In this document: positions 25,892 to 38,722 of the stretch, one piece after another | How positions within the stretch are numbered: the first letter of the stretch is position 1 | Layout: each line of letters opens with the position of its first letter | Assembly: GCA_010093815.1 (NCBI GenBank) | Contig: ML996565.1 | Direction: 5' to 3' (one strand) | DNA: 64,000 nt | From: Pseudovirgaria hyperparasitica | Lineage: Eukaryota | Notes under the pieces: model-generated | Told to the model about the DNA's origin: nothing | Databases searched by the model: none | The model's input: only the letters and a program-made list of their open reading frames with translations | Made by a program: the position numbers and the translations under genes

Positions 25892-26754
25892 TCAAGAATT
25901 TCGACGCCATCGTTGCTCTGACTCCACCTTTTCGGCGACTTTGCTTCGCACAAAACTAGTCAGATTATGTGCCGGCTCGTCTAATCCGACCATGATGTCT
26001 TCGTCCTGGTCTTGGCCTACAGGGTCTGTGCACATCTTCTCTGCAACCTTGTATGCTTCCACGTACGCATTAAACGAGAATGTCCCGCTGCTTTCAGATA
26101 TCAGACAGCGGCCGCGTTGGCTAAATGTGAAAACGTGGAGCGAAGTTGCGGAGCGAATGCCTTGCGGTGTTGGGGAGAACGTGGGAACGTCCTGGTGATC
26201 TCGGGAAGAGAGAGCGACTAAGATGGAAGAAAATGTCATGCTGAGCGGGAGAGCGGAGGATAAGAGGGCGAGCAGGGCGGTTTGAAGGAGGTGTGGGAGA
26301 AGTGGAAGCGACTGATGAGTGTTAGCTTGGTAGACGGGGCGGGTAGTAAAGTCTGCGTACACATGTGGAGGCAGTAGGACTCATGCTCTCCTCACTTTCT
26401 TCGGGGAGCGTCATGACTTGAAGAACAATCTGAATGAGCGAGCGGGGTAGCTTGCGCGTGAGGATAACACTACGGAGAAGGGAGTGGATGATGCTTTCTA
26501 GATGTCGCTCTTTAGGTGCTTGTAAAGCTGTCAGCTAAAAGTTTCAATGATCGTGTGTAATACATACAGCCGACACCTACGCTGGGTCTGACAATCACTT
26601 CGACGGCAGCTTCTTCAGGTAATTCGTCCCTCCTTGTTACCTCGATCGGTCCATTGACACTGCCCAGGATAGAATAGCCTCCATGGCTATATGTCGCCGA
26701 GCCATCTGCGCGATGTAGAGTGGTGAGTCGTGCATTGGGTGCAGAGACAGTCAT
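25892..26754 (-). CDS. RRP46: Exosome core subunit Rrp46, 3 exons
   Basis: LHRADGSATYS, VNGPIEVTRRDELPEEAAVEVIVRP, LPLLPHLLQTALLALLSSALPL, LISESSGTFS. Confidence 0.9.
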
Positions 26755-27257
26755 TATTCCACTGCTCGACCATGAACTCTTTTGAAATCAGGAATTTGCT
26801 AGTGGTGAACGCAGAAGTGGATAGACGCTTGGACCTGGACGCGTCTGATGACGTTCCCGGCCCGGATCGGATCATGGATCTACTCGACTCATCTATCTGT
26901 CTACTGTAGCGCGACTCTTAGTAGGGATCTACCTATCTATACACCTATCAGTCTTATGATTCTAATCTATGATAAATAGAAAATCTATTATAATAATATG
27001 ATATCAGACATACACCAAGTAATAGACATAATTATAAGAATTTCTATGTTTAGTTAACATAAAAGAATAAAGCCTGTTAGTAGTCATAAGTTTCGCGCCA
27101 AGCAAGCTTGCCGAACCAAGGCCTAGAGGGGAGAACTTGTAGCTAGAGAGCTCCATGGTGGAGAGCTACATGTGAGCACCACTTACAGCCCCCAACGCGT
27201 CTTATTATTCTGCTGAACTCTAGGTACTCTTACTGCCTTCAGATACTCTTGGTTAAG

Positions 27258-27929
27258 ATGGCATCTTCCTCACGCTTCCAGTCCCCTACAAAACGTCTGC
27301 TCTCTGAGCTACAAAGCTACCAAAAGGATCCAAACTACGTTCTATCGCACCTAGGCCCGGTCAACGATGACGAGTTGATGAAATGGACAGCTATCATGGA
27401 CGGAGTCGAGGGGACACCATATGAAGGTGGGTCGGAAACAGAGCCGTTGCTCGACGAGGAAAAACCGATGTGTGGAAGGTAGCTTGGGTACACCGAGACT
27501 AACTCTGGCTGTTCTACAGGTGGACGTTGGCTTTTGGGCATAAACATACCGTCGAATTACCCGCATACGCCTCCAGAAATCACATTCAAGACACCAATAT
27601 GTCATCCGAATGTGAATTTTAAGGTAATTATTCTCCATCGCCGCTGTGCATCTCTCATGCAAACAGCCTCATGTATTGGGATACACTAATTGAGCTGACG
27701 GACTAGATAGACTGGTGAAATCTGCCTTGACCTTCTCAAAACTGCGTGGACACCCGCATACACAATCTCGTCCACCATGACCTGCATTCATCAGCTGCTC
27801 ACCGACGGTGCGGCAGACAGTCCATTGAACATGGACATTGCCATGCTCATTCGACAAGGGGATAAGGCAGGTGCAGAAAATTTGATCAGATTCTATACAC
27901 AACGAGAAAGATATAATGGGAGGACGTGA
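27258..27929 (+). CDS. PEX4: Ubiquitin-conjugating enzyme E2, Pex4-like, 3 exons
   Basis: KRLLSEL, GTPYEGGRW, YPHTPP, CHPNVNFK-TGEICLDLLKTAWTPAYTI, DSPLNMDIAMLIRQGD. Confidence 0.82.
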
Positions 27930-28565
27930 CCAGTTTCTTCGGCATGCGATGGCGGTATATACCTGGTGGCCTGCCGGCAAACGAATGACGCAGCGTTTCA
28001 AGATTCCTTACGACGTTTCTCAATGCTGTCGTCTCGGCCAAGGTCTCGCTTGCTTTGTTCCTCGCTGCTCTATCGAAACACAATCCAGGGCTCATGCCAG
28101 GAATGCTAAATGCAATCATCAAAAGGATGCTGTGGTTCTATAAATAGCGTTGAATTCGGATTTCAGACGAGGCACCGTTATGAAGAGTACGGCAACATGT
28201 ATGCGACAGCAGAGTCTACAAACAGCCGTCGTATCAACCTAGGTATAATAACAAAAATAGCTGCAGCTCCACTGTCAATGAAAGAACGCGCGCCAGCCCA
28301 GGCTTTCGATATCTCATACAGCCGCCTCGTGTGCCGATAAGACGCGCGCGTCGCTCGAATACTGCGCGGCAATGCATCGAATAAATTCCGCAATCAAGAG
28401 CCTGTCATACGCTTGTTGAAGACCGACGCCAAACCAAAGAACGCCTAATTACATGCACAAGACAACACTAGAGTCCATACCCCAGCCCTATCGCTTCATG
28501 CCAAGCACCTCATTAACCTTGAGGCTCGTGCATGGTCGTCTGTTTGAGCGAATTGACCTGCGCAG

Positions 28566-29105
28566 CTAACCACCTCGTTCATGAAACGTCGTGTGTTCGT
28601 TCGGGCAGCTAGAGCTTACCGTCCATTTATTCCTTCGCCAGCTACCTTCAACCCCGTGAGACTGCGTGATTGTTCCTTCGAATATGTGTTCTGTTCCATC
28701 TGCTGCGGATATGACTTTGGTTGAGTAGTTGGTAGAAGATATTGCAGGTGGTGTAGGTGGCGGCGATCTTTGTTGCGCCTTATGAGGCTGCGAGTGCAGA
28801 GAGGTTGTGGGAGTCGGCATTGGGGGCAATAGGCGCGGATCGTATGGCCCAGGTAATCGCTTTGGGGGTTGCGTCCACGGCCAGAGAAAGCTTTTAGGAG
28901 AGCCTTCGTGGGCCTTTTCTTGGTCTGGCATTGGCATCTTCTTTCTCTGTCTATCTCTTATCAGGAATGAGCACGCATACCAGAATATTGCAAACAGCAG
29001 GAGAATGGCGATGGAAGCCGATTGAGATAATGTTTGGGCTGGGCTATCTTTAGCATGTCCCAAATATAACAAAGGGTCCATAGGCTGCGCGATATCCGAA
29101 GGCAT
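28566..29105 (-). CDS. Hypothetical protein with N-terminal TM helix and Pro-rich tail
   Basis: 179 aa ORF; IAILLLFAIFWYACSFLI followed by RDRQRKK. Confidence 0.55.
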   Translation of the reverse strand: MPSDIAQPMDPLLYLGHAKDSPAQTLSQSASIAILLLFAIFWYACSFLIRDRQRKKMPMPDQEKAHEGSPKSFLWPWTQPPKRLPGPYDPRLLPPMPTPTTSLHSQPHKAQQRSPPPTPPAISSTNYSTKVISAADGTEHIFEGTITQSHGVEGSWRRNKWTVSSSCPNEHTTFHERGG

Positions 29106-30420
29106 ATCTAGGGCTGTGACTCCACGCCGCAGCTGCGGGTTCTGGACCTGCTGCCACGAGTCAAGCGGCCTACGTTCGTTGTTAATTAGTTTTATCTTTC
29201 TTGAGACCTGAAATTGGCACGCTACCTTCTTCCTTGTCTATAGGATGGAATTATAAGCGCTAGGAGTATAACGAGGAATTGATATAACATAGGATAGCAG
29301 GCTGACCGATAGAAGCCGGGTATGAGGCAACGTATCAATGGTAGAGCCATCAACAAGTTCTCACAATCTTGGACAGTATATGCATGCGGTTAGAGTATAT
29401 ATATATGCTGTTTACAGTCGTTTCCGAGTTCCGGCATATGGTGTTGACAGGAAAACCTCGCCACGGCCGGGTCATACAGAAGCGCATTGGAAGGCGGATA
29501 TAGCGCGGAGGAGTAGGCCATACGTGCTGATGATGGTGAGTGCCTTGCTTCACTGAGGATAGCAACATCGTTCCCGAATGTGCTAGATTCCGAGCATCTC
29601 ACGATGGCATGAAGGCTGCTTTCTTGCGCGGCCGAATAGTCAGGCGTGGGATCTCAGCTCTGCCATCTAGATCCACCTAGGCCCACATAGGAAATCTGGT
29701 TGTTGATGGAAGGCGACCGTCACGCCATCAAGCAGGCGGTAGCGGATACAGGAATGGGGTTTCAGCTGTCTTCCTACATTGTGGCGGGTGGCGCCTGATG
29801 AATACAGCTGCGGGCTTGGAGCTTGCCTGGTACGCTTCTGTCCTAGTATCGACATCGCGCGGAACATCAGTTATTAGTAGCGATTCAGCGAATAAAATGC
29901 CTCTGGTTACATCGAGTTAGAGTCAACTTGGGGTGTAGATATACTTTATGCCCTGAAGACGTGCCATCGAGAGTAGCATCCTTCGGTCACGGTCTTTATT
30001 TAATCCGTTAGTCGCCTAAATTTTGTCACTCTTAGCACTAATAGTGGCAGTAAAAGTCGAATATACCTTACGTAAACGTGCAGGTCAACGCGGGTGTAGT
30101 GGTGGCGGTGCGTCTGATATTGGTGGCGCAGAGCAAGGCAGATGATTTACTTTTCATGGATCCATTGTTCCAGTCTGGTGTAAGGCGTTCTGGGGTTGGA
30201 ACCTGATCGAGCAGCTCCTCATAGAAAGCTTCCTTATAGATTAAGTCGCGTTCGTCTCTCAAAGGTAATACGCATGGTGCAGTGTCATTGATGTTGCAAT
30301 GCGAAGGGTCGTTATGCAACTCTCATTTGACCATGCGGGAAGGTTACCAGGATATCTCAATACAAGTCCGTGACATTTTTCCTTTGCTCTTATGGCATTT
30401 CCATCTGAGACTGCCTGGTC

Positions 30421-31279
30421 TCAAGACATAGCATTCTGGCGCGACGAATCGGACCTAAATCGAAAACGACGCTTTGCTTGCAGAATAAGAATAAACTCAT
30501 GGCCCTCAAGAAGTTCACCCAGAGGCCATTCCATCGACTTCCGCACCCATTTTAAAGCTGCAAGTGGCTCTTCGTGGTCAACAAAAAATCCAGTATCAAC
30601 ACTGGACACAAGACCACTAGTATCTTCTGAATCAAAAAGCCAACCTTGTAGCTTGGCATCCCGAACATAGCCTGCTGGCGACGCTTTCATGATCGATTGC
30701 GCGTTCTCTTTCATGAATTCGAGAGAAGCAGTATCAATCGGCCCTAGTGGAGATGAGTGTTTAGGTCAGATGACAGTGATATGCACTCACGTCCATACGC
30801 TCTTGACGCGGCTAGACAAGCAGCTGGATGGGAACTCATGATACCATAGACATCGTCTCCATCTAGTCTGGTCTCGTTGAGAAGTCTAGTAGCAAGCCCT
30901 CGTTCACGGTAGTCGTGGTGGACGACTAACTGAGTGATCCAGCAAATAGTCCTACCATCAATAGACCATCGACAAGCGAAGGCATTACCAGCAAGATTAT
31001 CGTTAACGGTGACTCTAACGTAGGAGGAGGTTTCGCTGGGGAGATATTCATTTCGAAGTCTTTCTTTGCTTAGCCGAACGGGACGACCTGGATGCGATGG
31101 TTAATTTAATAGCACACTTGTCGCATGGAATACCCACCCGCTTTAGCAAACTTTCCCATTCCCTCTGCCGCATGCTCACTCCAAACGCCGTAATTCTCCG
31201 AAAAGAGCTTTGCAGCTTCATCGAGCATCTCTTCCGTAACCTGATCACTCTTGAAGCTTTCAAAAACCGTCTTATGCAT
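30421..31279 (-). CDS. GNAT-fold acetyltransferase-like protein, 3 exons
   Basis: The middle exon, missed by the ORF track, reads ICWITQLVVHHDYRERGLATRLL (acetyl-CoA motif A) and links ORFs 31106..31372 and 30421..30714. Confidence 0.8.
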
Positions 31280-31767
31280 TTTCGGAGGACTTTTCCGTGT
31301 GCGCGTACGAGGTATTGTTGTAATGATCTGAATTGAGGCTCGAGAGCAACTGCGACTGATCTTCGTACACAAGTCGACGACTTAATCGGGGTAGTACAGG
31401 TTAAGTATACGAATGGTGGCTGAGAATGTTGAGAAGTGTCATTTCTAATGAATGAAGTTGTTGTGTTGGGGAAAGAGTTGGGTCTCTAGAAGACGGGTTA
31501 AGTATAAAGTGCTAAGTACTAGCGTTCTATATGAGAGCAGTTCCTTCTACAATTTCCAGAGATGGGTTTCTGCAAGGCAATTCAAGGCAAGCGCAAGCGG
31601 GCTTTCAAAAAAAAAAAACCCTGTACTGCAAGCATAATTGTGAAATTCCAGCCGCTTGCCAATCGTAAGCGGGCCTCCTCGATTATTTGTAAATATTGTA
31701 GAGAATTATAGCGCTTGGGGATGGTGGTTTTAGGTACCCTAACTAGGTAAATTAGATAGTGAGGTAG

Positions 31768-31980
31768 ATCGCGTGATTGGTCACGTGGTAGTAGCACGTG
31801 ATAGTATCGATTCTTTATACTACAATTGGCAATCCTCAACTATTCAAGGTAACTCTATTTGTTCGATTGCAAGCCCGGACGCTTGTCTTGGCAATCCAAT
31901 ACGATAATACGTGATTTGAACGATTTACAGCCCGTGCATTGGTAGCTTCCAACCAGTAATTCAATCTGGGATTGCACGTG
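31768..31980. promoter_or_regulatory. Cluster of E-box/bHLH-type sites
   Basis: CACGTG at 31782, 31795 and 31975; variants ATCGCGTGAT at 31768 and ATACGTGAT at 31907. Confidence 0.4.
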
Positions 31981-32635
31981 GTTAAACGAGAATTACCAAC
32001 TCCAGGTATCAGAAACTGTGGAAGTTTCGTGCGATAAATTCCCGCTGCGTGGTCGAACGCAGTTTTGGCTCCTTCTGAATTTCCATACTGAAGACGCACG
32101 ATGCAGATAAAAAGGTAAATGAAAGTAACGGTAAACACTTCTTCAAGCGGGTGGTATCTTCTCCCAAGTCTTAAGTCATTTTCCCGGCGAGTTTCTGCCT
32201 CCATAAGGGGAGAGATGCACGCAAAGGCAATGGATACATGTACATGTTCAAGCCGGTCGACGATATCATGATCAGCCAGCTTCGCATAACTGCCAGAGAT
32301 TTCCTCAATTAGAAGTAGTGAGCTTCAGGTACACCAACACCTTTGGAAGTAAATTATGCGTGTTAACTTGTAGCTAATAAACTCATTGTTTGAGACAGAC
32401 ACAGGTAGTTTCAATATGACAACAACATGTGCCCCTTGCGTTCCTATCTGCTCAAATAGTTTGCGGGTTTGACCGGTCACGATAATACCAAAGAGCACAG
32501 ATAACTTTGATGTCGTAATTGTAGGATTTACTATGTGTTTCGCCCCAGTCTAGAAAGCCACTATGGTAATGTACAGAAGCGTGATATCGATGATGAATGG
32601 TCTTGTCTGTCGAATAGTAACAATTCTTCGGTCGG

Positions 32636-33160
32636 TCACGGTCGCAGAACGCGGAGACCGTCTTTCGAGGCTAAGGAAGCATTTTTGAAGGACTGGATAT
32701 CTCAGATTAGGGTCCAGCCCAGTATATTACTTGCATAGCTCAAGTGTGTGAGGTTTCAACTCACATTATCACATTCTTCCCAAGCTCTTCCTGCTCCAAA
32801 GCCCAAACCTACCCAAGCCGGCCACGCACGGCGCTTGAATAGGAGAACGGAAAATACAACACCGAATGAGAGGCCAAGGCCAGATCGTATGAGCATGGAG
32901 GAGAGGCATCGGTCCCACTGCAAAAGAACAGGTTAGTAAACTTTTAACTTGTATACACTCCCGTAAATGTCTGGGTGACTGTAAAGTTTGACCAAAGACA
33001 TCGCCAATGACTTGCAATAAGATACAACGAGCTTCATTACAGATTCAATAGAGGCGTATCAAGGTTGACATACCTTCTCGTTGAGCAGCGCTTCGCTCAA
33101 AGGTCTTGTCCGCGAGACTGGCGCTGGGGGTATGGAGGAGTTGGTCGTGGAATTAGACAT
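32636..33160 (-). CDS. MIC10: MICOS complex subunit Mic10, 3 exons; absent from the ORF track
   Basis: Introns 32918-33073 and 32693-32764. Spliced RPLSEALLNEK-WDRCLSSMLIRSGLGLSFGVVFSVLLFKRRAWPAWVGLGFGAGRAWEECD. Confidence 0.95.
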
Positions 33161-33336
33161 ATTGATAACGGCTTGTGGGATCAATTGTAATGGACTTAGA
33201 AGGTGAGCTTCCTCTGGGTGAGGCAGGGTTGCGGTTCTGGAAGTTCAAGATCTTGGCGATGTGGTCAAAGCTCTGTAATGCCCTTTCTGATGGAAATACC
33301 TAAATTTTCGAAGTTTTCCAGCTATCCAGACATGCA

Positions 33337-36300
33337 ATGGGCGCCGTGACAGAGGCAAGTGATTGAACCATGCGAATGTGATAGTATAAATAACTGACAT
33401 TCGTCGACCGCAGTTCTCAGAACGCATACCTTCGCTGCAAAGAATTCTTGCACTTGACAAAACCCTGCCGCAGTTCGACGATCAGCTTAATGAAGTTTGC
33501 AGTATCCTGAAAATTAACAGCTTGCTGCTAGAGCCAAAAGAGCATCTGAACAGGCAAAAATATGGTCAATCTTGCGTGCTCCCGCATACAGGCTTGATCC
33601 TGCGTTGGTTACTAGACAAGCTCCACTCATCGTTGCCCGTGGGACGAGATGCTCGAAAGAATCCAAGATCTTGGACTATACTTGGCTGTTTGCTATCTTC
33701 CAAAGCAATCACGGAGGTTTCATCTCTCCAAAAGCTTACTAGCTTCCTTGAGATATTCCAGAGAGCACTACAAGAGTCGTTCACAGACTGCCACATTCAG
33801 AATGCCGAAGTGCCAATACAAAGTTTCTCTGGCGGTAAAAAACGCAAGCGAGGGGGCATAGTGGTTAAAGATCGTTCACCAGAGCTACAATTACGGGATG
33901 TAAGCGAGACTTGCTTATCTCTATTCAACGCCATGCGGAGCACTTTAACAACGGTCATCTCTATCTCCATAGCTGGTATGACTGGTGCGACCGGCGCTTG
34001 TGTACATATGCAAAAAGTCTTGACTGCTAGTAGCAGTAGAGCGGCTGATCTATTGAGACTTTGGTGCTTAGCTCTCGAATCCTTACCGACTGCTCGGGAA
34101 GATTGGATTCTTGTTCACGATTTGCAGCGACATGGCCCAGTGTCTTCACCATTGTCGCCAATGATCGATGTCTGGACACTGAGCGAAAGATCAAACCCGA
34201 AAGATGATGCGATATTAGCATTCGCCAGAACCTCGCTCGTACCTGTTCTCAATCTCCTGCAAAATCTTAGTCCCGGAGAACTCAGATCTACAACAGTCGT
34301 TGCTCGTAGGGAGCTAGAGAGCTTAGTGGCATCGCAAATTATCTTGCCAGCACGGGATATTCAGTTATGTCAAGGCTTGGAGGCCTGTTCGACAAGACTT
34401 GACTCCTGGTTTGAACCTCTAACGCAACTACAATCAGATTTGACAGGGTCTCATACACAATCTTCACATAGAGACATTATGCAGGAAAGTGCTTTACAAC
34501 TTGTTCCACTGCTGTGGTCTGTCGCACTCAGAACGACGCTCCGGGTTGATCAGAGGAAGAAGACGATCGAAGAGTCATGGCTGCTTACCTTATTCCGGTC
34601 GTTAGCCAAATGTGCTGGCTTTCCCCTGGATCCAGATAGCCCTGTTCAGTCAGGTAACACCAACGTCCAATGCCTCATAACTCTGTTTGATATGGCTATG
34701 GAACACCAGTTTCAGATTGATTCAGATGTGCTTAGAATCATTATAGAGAAGTACTCCGGGTTGGCGCAGGTGTATGAGGCAGTGAATTGGAATCTCGTCA
34801 TCGCAGTCATTCGTATGGATGCGTCCATCTTTCTCGTTCAGGGTGCCAATGTCGTTAAGAACTCAGAGAGCACTCGCACCATAGGGGATGCGCTCTTTAA
34901 CTCATTATCAATCGCAACCAAGGATCCAGATCCGGAAGAATTTAGTCTTGAACAAAGCCTCAAACGCGACGTTTTGGTCCCGATTGTGAATGTCCATGCC
35001 TCGACAAAGAACCTCGAACGGCTCATTCAGCGCTGGCATGCCGAGATCGTGAGATCCCTGACAGACGCAAACGATACTAAAGAATTGTCCAAGTCTTTGT
35101 GGGAATCGTCCGTCTTAAGGGAATCGCTTTTAACTCTACTCGAACAATCATTGTCTTCAAAACAGCTCACACGACTGCTAAGTATATATATGGATAGTCT
35201 AGGAAAAGAAGCGGAGAATTACCATACGACAAGCTCCTCTGCTAAACGGACTGAAATTGTTCTTGCTATCAACGCAGATGTCGTCATCTTGGATGCAATT
35301 ACTGAGGGACTCATTGGCGATCAGATCATTGACGAGCTTCTTCCGGTCATCTTGCAAATTTACGATCTATGCGTGGCCGTATTCGAAGAGCACAAAATGC
35401 GCGATATGCGTCATATGGACAAGTCATGGAGACTTTTGTCTAAGATGGAGACCATGGTCAGAAGACAAAAGCCGCAAAGTCCTAGCACAGCTGTCCAAGA
35501 GCCTGTCATGGAGCTATCTAGAGCCGCTGTGACGATGATGAAATTGAACGTTGCACCGAATGACCGCAGAGCACTTGACACCAGAAACGAAGCGTTGGAG
35601 TACACTCTCAATGTTTTGACTGCTGTTGATCCCGGTTCTGAAACTCATAACTACTTGCTATCGAGTATCGAGACAGTCTTCGCGACACTGATTCCTACTC
35701 GACAATGGACGATTACGGACAGTTCTCTAAGCCCCTCGAGACTACCTTCTGACGAAGTTGTATGTCGCTCGATCAGCGCATTATTGAGCCACCCTAGTGT
35801 GCTAGAAATGTTTTCGAGAGATGTCCGCGGCCGTATTTTCAAGGAGACCATGATTCGTGCATACGAAGAACGAATAGAGAATCCCGGAGAGAGTTCCGAT
35901 GGTTGCATATCAAATTTGGCCGCACGGTACCGCCTCTTGTTAGAGTCATTTCGCGACCTCGGGCTTTCTACAGGTTATAGAAATACACTTGCGGGGATTT
36001 GCACAGTCTCCAAGTCTGCCATCGACGCTGCCTGTAAGATATTTCAAGAGAAGATTGATCGTAACACAATGACTGCGGCCAACAGGATCGCCAGCATTCA
36101 ATGCGACCTCTTTCTACCAGTCGATCCAAGTGCCATACCAAGAGAGACTCGTGAGCATTTGCTAGACGCAATGACATCTTGGATGTGTAACAAGGCGTCT
36201 CTTGCTCACACTACCATTTCTAAAGCACTCGCCTTGCTAGTACACCTGATGGTAGTGCCCAATGCAACCTCAAAGGTCTGCCTCGACGCAGAGTATTTAT

Positions 36301-37808
36301 TTCAACTATCGCATACCATTTCCCTAGATATAAACGCTTCTGAACAGGTATCTATGTATCGCATGTTTATTCATATGTGCATATACCACGTTGCCAATAC
36401 GATTGAACAACAACGTAGCAAGCGGATGATCGAGAGCCTTCGCGAACTGACCTATCGTGGTCTTAGCCAATCTGAACACAAGAAATTGAGCCCCGGATGT
36501 CTCATTCTATACAGTTCAGTTGCTTCATTGTGGAGCGTTCATGGGTCTGGACCAAACCGAGAGGAGGCAGAGCTTCTTATCGGTCTCCTATTATCGGCCA
36601 CTCGAGCGGCTACTTCGAAATCGGAAAGTGGTCTGCCACTTCATATCTGTACGATCCAGGATATTCTCGCTGCTCTCACGTCCACGAGGGAAATATCGGA
36701 CACAAGTCAAGGTAAAATACAAGGGATCTATGCCAAACTTGACAAGAGCAGAAGAAAGGTATGTCTCTCGAGCCGCGCGTTCCAGCAATGTGCCGAGCTT
36801 GTAGGGCCAAATTCTGCAAGTACGGAGTCAGCCATATATGACTGTTGCGCTCTATTGACTTCTGGAGCAGCAAGTGCCCAAACCCAAATGGAAGCACTTG
36901 ACGTAGTCCAAAAGACCTTAAGTCAATCCGACGTGAATTTCAAGGCAACCCTAGCAACGTCGCTCTCAACTGTCACCGTAGGCCAGTCAACATTGACGAC
37001 AGGCCAGCTCCGTATCCTCGCGATCCTTCTCAGTACCCTCGAAAAGTCCTCGACCACCAGTCAGACATACACGGCTTTCATCCAATCGATCGCGACCCTC
37101 TGCACCCTGCTTCCTCAATCGATCAAAACAGGCACTTTCGCGCTCACAGTGTCGTGTCTCCTGGTTCCCCTGCGATCCAAAGTCTTCCTCATGTCTCAAT
37201 CGGCCATTGACGCCCTTCTCTCCGCTCTCCTCACAGCATCCCACCCTTCGCACTCATCCCTCAAATCGAACACCGCAGGCCCTTTCTACACAGGCCTGTG
37301 TACACTCACCCACGCAACCATTCTCCTACATCGCACCCGTCTCGGTGGGCGCTACCACATCCTCACTGCTATTCTCCAAAACCTCATAACTGCCCTACAC
37401 ACACCTCTCTCGCCAACTTCATCTCATGTGCAACACACAAACGATCTGACCAGCAAACACGCCTCTGTATACACCCGAATCCTCACCACGCTCTGCTCAC
37501 CAACCCAATCTTCCGTTGTACGCCAACGCCGCAGTCGAGATGCACTTGTTGACGAAACGAAAGTCGCGAAAACATACGCAGGCGAGTATGTGGGAGACGT
37601 GATCAGTGCGTTTTGTGCTGCACAGCTGGATGGTACGCTAGAGAGAGGCATGAGAGAGGCGTTGGAGTCGGGTCTGTGGGCGGCCATGGATGTTATTGGT
37701 GAGGAGGGCTTGAAAACCCTCAGCTCGAGTCTCAACACTAACACCAGAGCTGTGCTGCGCGGGTTGGTGGCGAATTGGAAAAAGTTTGGGAGGAGTGAGA
37801 ACAGATAA
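33337..37808 (+). CDS. URB2: Nucleolar pre-60S factor Urb2/Npa2, 2 exons (GC-AG intron)
   Basis: ATG 33337 and intron 33355-33413 join in frame to the 1428 aa ORF. C-terminal LCSPTQSSV...LVDETKVAKTYAGEY...LESGLWAAMDV...WKKFG matches the Urb2 domain. Confidence 0.85.
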
Positions 37809-38082
37809 GAACTTCCATGAGACTAAGATGAGATTCGGTCGACAGCGAGTCGCCGGTCATGTTTATATAGTCGCACTAGTGAGATTCATGAGATAGTTAT
37901 TTCACCGTGCGAAGACCACTAAGTCGCACTATAACTCACATATCTCCTTGGCCTGTGTTTACGTTATCTAAACCTGCATACGTTCATTTGAGACACTTTT
38001 TCAAACAAGCCGCCACCTTGATCTAAGTAATCGGCCCCCTATCATGAGGGATCTGTACCATTCATACATACATATGTAGTAG

Positions 38083-38117
38083 CCCCCCCCCCCCCAAAAA
38101 AAAAAAAAAAAAAAAAA
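38083..38117 (+). repeat. Compound homopolymer C13-A22
   Basis: Directly visible in the sequence. Confidence 0.9.
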
Positions 38118-38722
38118 CGGGTTTCACTTCGGCGCTGGTGTATCGATCTTGGTTTACCCAGATAGATGTGCCTATACCCTTTTTGAGCGCGACTCTTAGT
38201 AGTATAAGACGGTATATAACTACACTACTTCATGATGACTGTATGTTAACGCATAGTACTAAAGAGTTTGCGCTGAAAAAATCATAGCTGGGCGGACGAC
38301 CTTTCCGAGGTATCACTACTTCTAGCTAGTGGTGTTATATACACTGAAGGGATCAACGTAAGCCATGATTGAACAATGGGACCTTGAAAAATAGAGGTTT
38401 ATTTTGAGCTTCTCGCTGACCTGGTATGTGTAAATGATCCCTTGGACTACTTTTCTCCTTTGACGGATGGCACAGTTATGCTACGCATTATGCAACATCT
38501 CATCAAACACCAAGATAGCGATATGGTGACGTGACATTAAGAACTCAAATTACGATACTGAGAACAGTATATACAATGTTTGCTCACAGGTCCTTTAGAC
38601 ATAAACATTCGCACACGTTCGATCCATAGCTAAATTCCCATGCAAACGCCTTGGGCCATGATTGAAAGCCGTCTATGACCTCCCAGGATATGCTGCTCCA
38701 ACCCATTACGTCTACAAGCTAT

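Noticed and set aside
26908..26924. 17-mer AGCGCGACTCTTAGTAG repeated at 38186-38202
   Set aside because: Flanks do not align, and one 17-mer repeat in 64 kb has a rough chance expectation of 0.1-0.2.
38227..38350. ATGATGA...CTGA, possible C/D snoRNA
   Set aside because: I could not match the guides to rRNA and the terminal stem is weak; snoscan would settle it.
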